Shown in pieces: positions 11,601 through 23,036 of a stretch of DNA of 36,668 nt (position 1 is its first letter; the number at the start of each line of letters is the position of its first letter). Source of the DNA: Intoshia linei (lineage: Eukaryota > Animalia > Orthonectida); the NCBI GenBank assembly GCA_001642005.1, contig LWCA01000253.1:1-36668 (forward strand), in the 5' to 3' direction. The notes beneath the pieces are model-generated. The model searched no databases, was not told the origin of the DNA, and worked only from the letters and a program-made list of their open reading frames with translations. Both the position numbers and the translations under genes were made by a program.

Positions 11601-13393
11601 AAATCATAGAAGATGGGAAAACATGGCCTTTCTACTTTTTGGTATGGTAATAGGGAATTTATAGAATTTGTCAATGGCAAAAGCAGAGATTTTCAAACTG
11701 GATCAAATCACCGGTGTTAGACGATTTATTTTCAGAATAAACTATTTTCAAATTCATATTATAGTTTTAATATACATTATATTAAACCTGTGGTTTCCGA
11801 TTCAAATAGTTTAGGGATCTAATTTCAAAATAATTATTTTTTTTTGACCGTAAAGGAAACAAAAATTATAAGACATTTATGAAAAAATTAAAAGTTTTTT
11901 CTTATCAGATTTTTGGTAAAATCTGTTTTTACACAAATATTAGAAAACAGGAATTCATTTAATGGTTTGTAAAATTGGATTTTTTATTTTGGGTTTTGGA
12001 TTAAGAAATTTCTTCTCGTAATATTTGGAAAATTGTGTTTTAAAAAAAAATATTGAAAAAAGTGGATTCTTTATTTTGGGATTAATTAGGTTTTTCGAGA
12101 GTGATGCAGTATCGCAAATTTCATTTTCCGAAATTGAATCCTTCGGATTAAAAACTCAATTTTAACTTTTTGTTAAATAAAATCATCTCTAAAATTTAAA
12201 CAAACATATTTCTGGGACGCGTTTAAAAGTCATTAACAATATCCTTAAATTTCAACCGCAGAACCTTACATCTCAATTGTCAAAACTACAAAGTACATTA
12301 CATTATATAAATTTTTGCAGCATTATTGCATTGATACATATAGTTTTTTTAATCCACGTATTTTTAATTTACTTACAATTTTTTTCTTTAGTTGAACGGT
12401 AGAAAAAATTATGTGAATCAACTGTTTGGAAATTCTGTTTAAAAATTACAAGTTTACTCATATATGAATGAGTCACGAGTATAAAATATGATTACCTGTA
12501 TTGTTTAAATCTCGAGTGAGCATAATTAATTCTTGTTTCTAAAAAATAATATTGTCACTAGTTTCCAATTTTCTAGCACATTTTTATTTTCATTAGACGG
12601 TTAATTCGAAAAAAAATTAAAATTTAAAAATCATAAACTAATAAATAATTTAAAAAATCAATATACATTAGATCCCTTATCTTTTGATAAATTTAGATAT
12701 TTCCCGTATGTCTTGTAGTAAACCATTTTTTTCTAAAAACGTCATTAAAATACATTGTACAATGTACATCTACATCATTGACATTTTCTTTCATTATATT
12801 AATTTCATTCAAAGATTTTTCCAGCAACCCTCTTCGAATGTCAAACTATAATAAAATTTATCAAATTATTATTAAGATGTGATAAACTTTTTTTAAAGCC
12901 GCAGAGCTTTGATTTGAGAAAGCAGTAACATCTTTAGATAAATTGGATAACTCGGAAAAATATCTTTTGAAAATGACAATCAATGCTGTCAATTCTTGAC
13001 TCAATTTACGCCAAATAAATGAAAACATGCTACATTTAAAATAACCAGTAAAAACGAAAAAAATACTAATTATCTTGATTGGGTAAGTGCTTATTCATTT
13101 TTTTCATTTTCTGAGAGATATTGTCAAACATTACGGCACTATTAAAAAATAAAATGATAGAAAATTTTCATTTTAACACATACTATTCATCCAAGTAATT
13201 TGAAAAATTAATACATTGCTCCAAGTCTGTTTTCCAGTCATTATATAAAAAATCGAATGCTACATCCTTATCACCCTACACAAAAGTTGACGCAATATAT
13301 TGAATGAAAAAATATATATTAATTTTAAAGGATAACCCAAAAATAAGAATCAAATTCTGCTTTTATGTCAGATAGAGAACTGTCTTGAATCAT
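2645..13393 (-). CDS. FCHO: FCH domain-only (FCHo/muniscin) endocytic protein: F-BAR, acidic linker and mu-homology domain; about 827 aa, 27 exons
   Basis: Phase-consistent exons: 13393-13337, 13275-13184, 13138-13067, 13029-12888, 12845-12768, 12732-12667, 12538-12496, 11563-11484, 9904-9806, 9769-9673, 9141-9100, 9029-8943, 8886-8845, 6460-6364, 5730-5696, 5654-5619, 5530-5516, 5480-5433, 5394-5359, 5285-5243, 5206-5016, 4731-4668, 4210-4052, 3539-3393, 3355-3047, 2992-2766, 2724-2645 (2484 nt). N-terminal FDSYFWGDKDVAFDFLY resembles FCHo FVENFWGEKNSGFDVLY. The F-BAR end MMIEFAQKNSTG resembles LIQKFAESKGTG. IASVSDVENSFNSI resembles the AP2-activator segment ASLDELKVSIGNI. The last ~270 aa follow the muHD hydrophobic pattern. 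Linker and last exons are less certain. Confidence 0.85.
3587..3990. mobile_element. hAT (Buster/Charlie-type) MITE, 404 bp, in an FCHo intron
   Basis: TIRs CAGGGGTGTCA / TGACACCCCTG with a perfect 8-bp TSD, atatagat, on both sides. Confidence 0.92.
7364..8019 (-). mobile_element. Non-autonomous Buster-type hAT element, 656 bp, retaining the transposase C-terminus
   Basis: TIRs CAGTGGTTTTCAA / TTGAAAACTACTG with a perfect TSD, acctagat. The minus strand encodes FPSTYLYEAGF...KTKSINRLNVKGDMRLAL...QPQISH, the typical Buster/ZBED5-type C-terminus. Confidence 0.92.
10321..10617. mobile_element. Degenerate hAT MITE
   Basis: Left end CAGGGATCGGCAACC; eroded right end GGTTGCCGTC; tgggccac subterminal motifs at both ends. 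No clear TSD. Confidence 0.5.
11314..11412. mobile_element. Terminus of a pogo/Tigger-type element
   Basis: TA|CAGGCTAATTCCTCGTTAA with an internal inverted copy (ttaacgaggaatt). It is the reverse complement of the terminus at about 33616-33682. Confidence 0.7.
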
Positions 13394-13933
13394 AATTTAG
13401 TTAGTATATTTAAAAGTAAATAATGAAATGTATAATTGTGTTGTTTGCTTACAATAAATGTAAGTACAGTCCCCACAGTATAATCCAAATACATACATAT
13501 GTTGTTTTTGTTAACTGAAATTTTGATATTTCAGTGCGCATTTGATCAGCTGAATCTCAATAAATTGTATTACTATTTCGTATTTTATTATTTTTAAAAA
13601 TTTTTAGAGAGTCTGAATATTCCAACTATCTTTAGTATAAATTTTGACTAGTCAATTTTACTTTATTTACCAATGCATAAATGTATATCTTATCTTGATT
13701 AATACGCAATTAATAGTTATTTATATTACAAATAGGTCTGTTAAATATTTTCAAATTTTCACATTATAATACATAAAATTGCATAATTTTTTTTTGGGTT
13801 CTGACTTCTAGTCAGATCGGTATCTCTCTATAATTAATTGACGAAACTAATCGAGATTCACACGTTCAATATATACGGGTCTTACCTGAACTAATACAAT
13901 ACAATTAATACTTACGGATATGAATATACATTT

Positions 13934-16900
13934 TTAATTTAATTTAACAATTTCAAAAAATTCATAGACACACTGATAAATAAATTGATACTGTTCCAAA
14001 GAAATTATAGGCATATTACTAAATAATTTGATAAAATTCCTGATTTCTTTGACCACATTAATTTCCTGTTTGATGAGCAATTTTTCATATAAATTGTATA
14101 ATATTATAAACATTTGTACAGATTCAAGGTTTTTATAGGTAGGATAAAAATTTACCAGTAAAATGGTATGATTCAACTCCACGTTCTGATAAATTTTGAT
14201 TAAATAATTGACATAATCTTGAACAGAATTTTGTAATTCATTTCCAATTGTGAAATTTGTAATAATTTGATTTGAATCAAAATTAAGTATTGATTCATTT
14301 AATTTTGATAAATTATTTTTAGTTTTCGATTGATTGAAAAAAATAATGTTGAAAACATTCTTTAAATTTGCATTATAATTTCCTTCCAGAGTTTGAAATT
14401 TATTTTTTATTTTAAAAGAATCATACATGCCATTATTAGATACATGACATGCTTTTGTATCATAATTTTCTTGAATTAATTTAAGTTCTTCAACTAAAAT
14501 GTCATTTTCAGGGCTATTGAAAGAGTTCAAACGTGGTAGTAGTATAGATTTTATTGTGGTATTATTAATATCAAGTTCATCGAAAGTGATAAATTCAACA
14601 CATAGTTGATATAAAAAAACATATTGCTCTAAACTTTCAATTATTCCGTATCTCTGAAGTCTTAAATGATACACCAACGAAACTATATCAATACAATCCG
14701 ATTCTCTCATTATATTCAGTAGAGCATTTGAAGCTACAAAGAGACCACATCTACTAGACCCGTTAGGGCATTGGACCATTATTGATTCTGAAAATGCACC
14801 ATTCAAAGAAATTTCTTGTATAAATGAAATGTATTGTATTATATTGCTCGGGATGTTATCCCTTGTCCAATTGTTCCAACAAAAAATTTTTATTTGAATT
14901 TTTTCTGAATCACCTATACAACTTTTATCCAAATTTTCAGGCGTTTTTTTAACATGATACAAGTCTACTATAAACATGGTATAATGGTTATTTACAAAAC
15001 TATCAATTAATTTGACTAGATATTGTGAATCCGGCGTTTTTTGGAATTCTCTAGAAACTTTGGGCCAAAAAGGTAAATAATTTTCTTCATTTTTCGTACT
15101 TTCTGTTGACATGAGAATAACAATTGTTGTCGATTTTTGCTTCCATATAACGGACCATATATTTAACTCGCTTTGATAAGGCATAATAATCCATTGGTGG
15201 GCTTCAAAATAAACAATACTGGCGTTTATATACTTCTTTGGAATCTGTTCACTGTGTGATTTTGATAAAGTATCGTATCCATTATTGCCAAATTTGCTAT
15301 CGTCAAAACAACTTTGATACTTTAAAGATTCACTAGACTGGTTCAAAGCATCAAAATATACGGTTTCATTGTTAATATCATCAGGTAACATATTATAGTC
15401 ATAGGGTAACGTCATGTGTTTTTCATTATTTACTAAAGATGACAATTTATCAGCTTCCTTGGTAGAAAATAAATATTCAGTAGGAAATTGATTATATTCA
15501 ATAATAAGTGAATTCGCCTTTGCTTTAAAAAACATTGCTAAATTGTACAGCGAAATTTTATTAGACAGACAATAGGTTAATTTTTGTTTGTCAGTTCTCT
15601 TTTTAGATTCTACTACAGCATAACTTATTTGTGTATATTCATTGTCACTTTCAGTTTCATTTTTAAAATATTGATTTAAAAAATCTTTAGAATAACTCAA
15701 TGGATTTGGGTTGGGTGTAGAGAAGATGTCGTAAAATTTATTATCCGTCCAATTTAGACATCTCTTTACATTTCCACCTTCCAAATGTTCATCATTTTCA
15801 TCTGAAGGTACAGTATAATTTTTTGAACCAATTTCCATAGAACGAGATGGACTATATTTAGATTTAAATATTACGTGGTCATTTATAGATTTTTTTATTT
15901 CACATTTATAAAATTTTTTTGATTGATCAACTTTACTATAAGCATTATCCACCACATCCTCATTTTCACCGGCAAATTTGATCACTGGCTTTGACTGGGA
16001 TGATACTAAAAATAATATTAAAAAAGTTACCATTTAATAAATTTAATAATATTAATGTTACTGTTTGTTAAATCTTTCGAAGTGATAAATTCATTAACAT
16101 TGTAGACACTAAAAGTGTTTGTAGAATATCTTCGAAATGGCCATTTAATTTTTGGCACAACAATTTTTTGTTTAGTAAATTTTTGGTGAGTATAATATAA
16201 CACAAACATTAGAACTAAAATAATTGGTACAATTCCAAAAATAGAAATTAAAAAATACACCAACACAATTTGTGGTTTCATAAAAGTTTTTGAAATTTGA
16301 ATTAAAGGTTTAAAGGTCGCAATATTATAAACATGAATTATATTTTCATTAAACATGTCATTAAAAGTTGCAATCAAATCGTAATAAACAGATTCATTGT
16401 ATTTATGAGACATTCGAATTGATAATATCTTGTAATTTTCATGTCTTTGTAAATAATACAAATTGGTGAAATTAAACATTGTTAAATTAATTTCAAAAGT
16501 TTTGTGGTTTTTTATCAAAGATTGGTAATAATTAACACTGTATTTTGGATTTCTATTGGTTGGGACAATTATAAATTTAAGAAAAATGTTGTTATTTGGG
16601 TACTTTTTAATTATATTTTCCATGGAATATCTATTTAAACTTATCATGAGGTATTCATCAACTTGTATCATTGTTAATGTAAGATTAAATAGTAAAATAT
16701 CTACTTTTGACACAATTTTGTGAGAATAATTCGTATTATGGTTATGAGTTTTGTAAAGTTTATAATTTGCAACACTTTGTTCAAATATCGATTTTTTATC
16801 AATATCAACAGTATCTTGAATATTAAAATATTTGCTGAATTCAAATTTATTCATTTCGTTTGATTTTGAAGGAAATGCAATATTAATTTCATTCTTTTTC

Positions 16901-19900
16901 TGTGACACAATCTACAATTAATATTATTATACATTATATTTATGTATATTATAATTATTATATTTAATATTATAGATCAATGATTCCTAACCTTTTTACC
17001 ACAGCATCCAGCAGCATCATTAACATGATCCACCCCTTAATTTTTTTTGTTATACACTTATAAAATTATATTCAAAGCCGTGAAGACGGGGCTACTTTTT
17101 AAATTTAATAGGTAATGTTCAAGGGTGGTCGATTTGCTGATAACAGCAACCCTTTGCTAGTTTTTATTAACGCAAAAAAATGCTGGTAAATTTGCTACCA
17201 GAAAATTTTTTTATATATAAATGACTAATTTGCCAAAAATAAACCGAATGATACAATATAAAATGAAGTGAAAGTTTTAATGCTTACAATTGACAATATT
17301 ATTCATAAAAATTTTCCAAATTGTATCTTATAAAGAGTTTTTTATTTAATTTATCTGAAGAGAGACTGATCCTCAAAGTGTTATGGAATTTTCTATGTTT
17401 AGAAAATGCTATTTCAACAGCCGCCTTTATTGAAGGCATATTTTTTTATTATATTAAATAAAATTTTATGAATGGGAAACATATCAATATGATATCCCAA
17501 GACCTAAGGCAATGTTCTGTTCTATATTACCAGTTTTTAAAGTAAATTTTTCAAATATTAGTACAGAAGATACCCATTTGTTAAAAACTACGTTATCCCA
17601 ATTTAAATTATAACTGAACAATGTTCATGTTAATGTAAATAGAAATAACAGTAGAAAACTTTAATTTTTTATTTTATACGGTCAATAAAAAAATTCCCTA
17701 GTTATAACAAATTACATTATATAAAGGTTATAATGTAATATAAAAAAAATAAAAAAAAATAAAAAAAAATTAAATTAAATGTAATAAAAATAGAAGAGAA
17801 TAAAAAAGAGTAAATGATCAATTGATTTTGACCGTGGAGGCGTAACTTTTTAATGTTGAAAAATTTTAAAATTCTACGAATTATTATTTTTTTCATATTT
17901 CAAAATAATGCTTAAATTGGCGTTTTGAGTGTGAACAATATTCATTGAATATATAAATTTTTTCATTTTACGGGAAAAAACGATTTAGTATTTTTGTTTT
18001 TGAAATTTCTGGGACCGTCAATTTTCTCAATAAATGGTTACACTCTGAGATATTCATATATTTTCAACTTTTAATTTATCTATAATTATATCTAGATTCA
18101 ATTTTGCTATTTATTAATGATAAGACGGAACCATTAAGATAAAACAAAGAGAGAGTAGCCCGGTCAGATGAAAATGGTAGGGACTTAATAAGGACTCCCT
18201 ACACATTTAAAAAAAATTTGGTTCTTCTATCCGTCTTATAATCCAGCGGTTGCTATTTTTTTCAGCTTTACTCTGCCGGGGTAAAATATTAAATTAAACT
18301 AATTGTCAGTTTAATGTTACATGATGTCTTCAACATGAATAGTGCTCAGAGAGCACATAATGTTGAAAACAAATTACAATTTTAATAGTTATTTAAAGTA
18401 TAAGTCAATAAAAAATAAAAAATATTAATAATATCATAAAATACCAAATTTAGTCCAGCGTTCCTAGGTGGGCGGTATCGCCCACTTTAGGAATCACAGA
18501 TATACAATTTTACCTATAAATATAGGTCAGTTTCTTATATAACAGAGTTTAACAACTTTAGACATGAGGACCAAGGGACCACTGAAAATTTTATGTCCCC
18601 CTACACCTCGTTACCTTAATGAAAACATAGTCTAATAAAAAATTATAATATTTCGTGAGTTCTATTGTTGGCCCATTTCTACATTATTATGTATTTAATT
18701 CAAAAAGATTTTTTAAAATTGACACAATTATACTTTTTAATTAATAACTTATTAATAAATAATAAAATTACCACAAAGGTTGTATTTGAATCATTATCAT
18801 AATTTCCAATATAATGTAAGTTAACTCTCATAACATCATTCATCCAATACTCCAAAACAATGTACTCCATCTTATTGAAATATACCTCACTTTTAAAATC
18901 CAATATACTGTAAATTTTATTGTCAAATTCGCCATCAATATTCAGGGTATATGCATAAATAATATTAAATTGAAAATTTTGCATCAATAACGTAATAATA
19001 TCATTAGGATAGTGGTGTAAAATAAAAAATTGTCCAGTTGAACCAGATTTTGTTAGAGAAGCAATTTCAGATCCATTGCCTTTACTAGTATAATCACGAT
19101 AAGCATACATTTTCATATATAAATTGCAATTTGTCTATATTAAAAACTAAATTAAAAAAATAATTTTGAAACATTACCACTTGGATAGTAATATTTGACC
19201 TGACAATATTTCCAAACATTTTAACATTGTTAATATGGTGTACAACATTATTTGGATCCAAACATTTAAATTGTTGAAAATAGTATAATTGGGAATTAAA
19301 CTTGCTGTCTTTTAGAGCAAATTTAATTAAAAAAATGTAGGATTTTTGTGAATTTATAGAAAAATTTAGTATATTTGAATTTGATGTATAATTTTCAATT
19401 TTTCCACAGGTTGACCAAATCGATTTGGCGGATATATTTAAATTTAGTTGATAAAGATGTCCGTCAGCAGTTGTATAGTAACATTCAAGACTATTGGATA
19501 AATAAGGTAAGGTAATAAAAGTAGTTAATTTGGTGTTGTTGTATTTCACATTTATGGGAATAAACACTAAAAATATAAATGAAAAACAATTGCAGTTAAT
19601 TTTAAAAATGAAATAATTTTTTAGATTCAAATTATTTGTTATTGAATAGTGATTGTGATTTTCGGTTCTGAAATTTCCGCAAAATAAAAAAATCAATGAA
19701 TTTGATTAAATATTTATATGATAATCCTAAAGCCGTAATTTTCAATTCAAGAATCGGTCTATTTCAATGTCATTATAATATAACAAAATTTTCAAAAATA
19801 TAAAATTGTGACCCACCTAAAATATAAATAAAACTAAGAATAACTGACCCATAGATTATATCCCTTAAAAAATATAATACTAATTAAAATTAAAACAAAA

Positions 19901-20138
19901 ATCTTGGATTCCTTATACAGAATATTTGAATACCTGATTGACAGTTTGATAAAACTGACGTGAGGCCAGTTTCCTCGCAATAATCTAATGTACAATTACA
20001 TGCACTAAGATTTAATGTACAATTTACACATACATCTTGACAAAATACTCCATTTTCTACGCTTTGACAAACTTTCTCGAAACTTTGTGTAAAAAATAAA
20101 GAAATGAAATAAATATAAATTATAAATAATATTTTCAT
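13934..20138 (-). CDS. Receptor-type protein tyrosine phosphatase-like protein (signal peptide, Cys-rich segment, FN3-like repeats, one TM helix, degenerate tandem PTP domains)
   Basis: Exon 1 has the signal peptide MKILFIIYIYFISLFFTQS and a Cys-rich stretch. There is an FN3-like end (TNCNLYMKMYAY...GNGS) near 19130 and a TM helix IVLVYFLISIFGIVPIILVLMFVLYY at about 16190-16270. PTP motifs: YINAS, WSVIWKQKSTTIVILM, FWP, MVQCPNGSSRCGLF, LRLQRYGIIESLEQYVFLY, and a second ISLEQYQFIYQC. ORFs 16027-16908 and 13934-16033 join through a ~55-nt phase-1 intron. The ectodomain exon structure is only partly resolved. Confidence 0.8.
16978..18499. mobile_element. Old composite hAT (Buster-type) element filling the long PTP intron
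   Basis: Imperfect TIRs CAaTGATTCCTAA / TTAGGAATCAcaG. The flanks ttatagat / atatacaa match only partly, and other element fragments appear nested inside. Confidence 0.55.
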
Positions 20139-20410
20139 TTCAAAGTCTAAAAAATAATAAAATGTAAAGTTAAAAAATCAATGTTAACCTATCAACTAGA
20201 ATAAATTTCCAATATTGCCTGTTTACAAAATATAAATTCGCGCGGAAAGAATTTGTGTAATAACTTTTTTATCAATTCTTAACACGGCGGAGTTTAAATG
20301 TAATTATTTTAAATTAACGCATTTCAGTAAAGCACGTACTATTTATAAACTTGGCCAATGAAATGATGCATTTCTAAAAGATTGTATCAACGCACAATCA
20401 ATTTACCATT

Positions 20411-20824
20411 TTAACAATGAGTTTGCATGAATGAATTAAAATATGCCTTTGGTAACATCAAAGCATTATAATCAGATTTCAAAGAAGACCGACAAATAAA
20501 ATTATTTGTATAAAATTTGGCGCGATATTTATTTGTTAATTTTACCAGGCAATTATAATAATTTTGACAAATTTTTTGATTTTCAATTAAAAAAGTTTTT
20601 ATCAAGATGTATCCACTTGAAATTATTAATCCGTTTAATCTATTTTTATAAATGTATTTTTAGAAGTACAAACTACCATAATAACGAGTTAAAATGTTTG
20701 TAAGAGGGCATGAACCTTTGTTGATCTTTTTCAAAATTGGAACAATACCAAAATAGGTATGACAGGTCTGATTTTTACAAATTTAATTATAATATTAGCA
20801 TCAATGTTGACCTACATTTGACAT
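20411..20824 (-). CDS. Possible small three-exon orphan gene (about 108 aa)
   Basis: ATG at 20824, two GT-AG introns of about 45 nt, and a 76-codon open last exon give MSNVDLSYLFWYCSNFEKDQQRF...MQTHC. No recognisable homology. Confidence 0.25.
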
Positions 20825-20886
20825 TTATAGAGTAATTTAGAATTATCTCATGATTTGTAAATTACAAATTATATAATCATCTATAA

Positions 20887-22985
20887 CAGTGGTTCTTAAC
20901 CTTTTTTGACCTATGCACCCCAAATATTAATCTTAATGACTGTGCACCCTTGATTAAAAATTAATTAATACAATATTAATTACAAATAAAGTGTTGAGTA
21001 GTTACTTAAATTAAACGGATACAATTTAAAAATTAAAGCTGATTTGGTCATAATAATGGTCGTGGAGAGCCAGTAGTAGGCCCGGGCTCGATGGAAAGTA
21101 TAGGCCCCTATAAAAATTTTTTTAAAAATGGACCTCTATACATTAATTAATCGAACGTTCATTATCTAAAAATTAAAAATAACCATTGGAAATCATTGAT
21201 TATTAAAATTATGATATACTTAAAAAATTTTTCATTAATAAATTAAAAAAGTAGGCCCTCATGATTGTAGACACGGGACATATGATCCTCGCCACGACCA
21301 TGTCTGTACTTACTTCAAACCTTTATAAAAATGAAACGTGTCAACTATCATATCCACTAATAGCTTGGCTAACTAACTAACTTTAGCTTTGTAAATACAA
21401 TTATACTATTGTACTACTGCAATATTTAGTAGATATATTAACTATTTTTCATTGAAAAATATCGGAAAATGTAGTAGGCATGGTCATACCACCAAATTCA
21501 TTAATCAAAAATAGACTATTCAAATATAATGTTAAAGACTCAGAAAATAGACGAATTAAGTAGTAGCGGAAAACTTTTGCATAACAATTTAACAAATTTA
21601 TTTCATACATTTTAATGGGATCGTTATTGTTGCTTTGAAATGAGAAGTAAGCTAAATCTTCGCATTGTTTTTTATAGGCTCAGTCGCATACCGACACGGA
21701 CATCTAATTTATTCTTTCTTTTTTTTTTTTAATTTGTTAGAATAGACAATCCAGCCTCACAAAACTATGTTGTAACAAAAGTAATAATCACTTCAAGGGC
21801 AATTTCCGTCATTAATGGATAGATATTAAGCATACTACACCAAAAACTATTAAATATCACATTTAAAATTATCATAGTCATATATAATATGTTTCCCAAA
21901 GGGCCACTAGAAAAATCAAGGGATTATGTAAAATTTTTTCTATTTACGGGCCAAAGTACATTATACATTGTAGGGCCCATAAAAAATTTTATATATTTTA
22001 ATGTATTAATATATAATTTATTTCGAATACATCAATTCTCTTGTAGTTTTATTTAATTACTCACAAAACAGATATTCCTCATTAATGTTATCATTCACAA
22101 CGTATCTTGCAAATACATAAGTAGATTCGTCCATTTGTAAACTAAATTTTACTAGGCTTGATCGAAGTTCATCCATAACTTAAAGTTCGATAACTTCTGC
22201 TAAATTTTTAATCTTTTTACAAAGGAATTGATTTAAGTGGCCCTTTTTGTTTTTCGTCAAGTAGAAGTTCTGCAATGTTAAGAGTACAGGGTTTGATCAA
22301 CGTTTCCGATGGTATGATGCTTTTTTTGTTTAGCAAACATAAAAGCAACATGATATTAAGCCTCTACGATTTTGTTACATTAAGAAAAAATGATAAATTG
22401 TCAACTTTTCCACCTATATCGAAACGTCTTCTTTTTTGAGCGATAACTGGAACACTGTCAATGAGCTTTGAGTGTTTTATATTCTTATGATTATGTAGGA
22501 GGTTTGGCTTTATGTTATTATTGCATAAAGCTCCGAAAAGTAAATGCACGGAGGTTTTTCGGTTTCATCTGCATCATTACGACAGGTAAAACCAAATTCT
22601 ACGTAATTGTTATTTCATTGTCTTCTTTTAGACATCCTTAGAAAGGTTAAGAACTTTATGATAATATATATATTAAAATACATAATTTTTATACCTTAAA
22701 AAAGTTGTAAATACAAAATTAATTTGATTATTAAATGATTGTGAAATAAATTTAATGAGCCATAATTATGAGCTTAACTTAATAAGTATTAACAATATGA
22801 AATTATGTCTTACATCTTATCTTTTTTGTTGATAATAAAAATATCAATTATATAATTTTACTCATTTAGAAAAAACATTAATTAATTAATTTTTAACTAA
22901 TTATTTTATTAATGTAATTAAAAAAAATTGAAAAAGCTTTGTGCACCCCAAAAATTGATTATGCACCTCTGGTTAAAAACCACTG
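20887..22985 (-). mobile_element. Internally deleted Buster-type hAT transposon, 2099 bp, with a pseudogenised transposase
   Basis: TIRs CAGTGGTTCTTAACC / GGTTAAAAACCACTG with a perfect TSD, atctataa. From 22635 the minus strand reads MSKRRQ*NNNYVEFGFT...EKPPC (Buster N-terminal zinc-finger region), then TI.ETLIKP-like and QMDES motifs, and a C-terminal KNKLDVRVGMRLSL...SH near 21615-21720, with stops and frameshifts. Confidence 0.92.
21055..21302. mobile_element. hAT-like MITE nested in the Buster element
   Basis: Inverted ends ATGGTCGTGGaGAG / CTCgCCACGACCATG with repeated aggccc subterminal motifs. No TSD is evident. Confidence 0.65.
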
Positions 22986-23036
22986 ATCTATAAATATACA
23001 ATTTTACATTTATTTTACAAATATAGGTACAAATTA

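Noticed and set aside
16027-16033. Overlapping ORFs 16027-16908 and 13934-16033 suggesting translational coupling or a frameshift
   Set aside because: A ~55-nt phase-1 GT-AG intron joins them in frame. The hydrophobic MVTFLILFL start is intron sequence, not a signal peptide.
17741-17770. (aaaaaaaaat)n repeat, and the atcagtg x2.5 repeat near 10841-10860
   Set aside because: Simple slippage repeats expected in AT-rich DNA.
20139-20190. Acceptor-like ttttttag 9 nt before the PTP ATG as a spliced-leader trans-splice site
   Set aside because: A cis donor (ag|gttaac) lies about 42 nt upstream, so an ordinary 5'UTR intron explains it.
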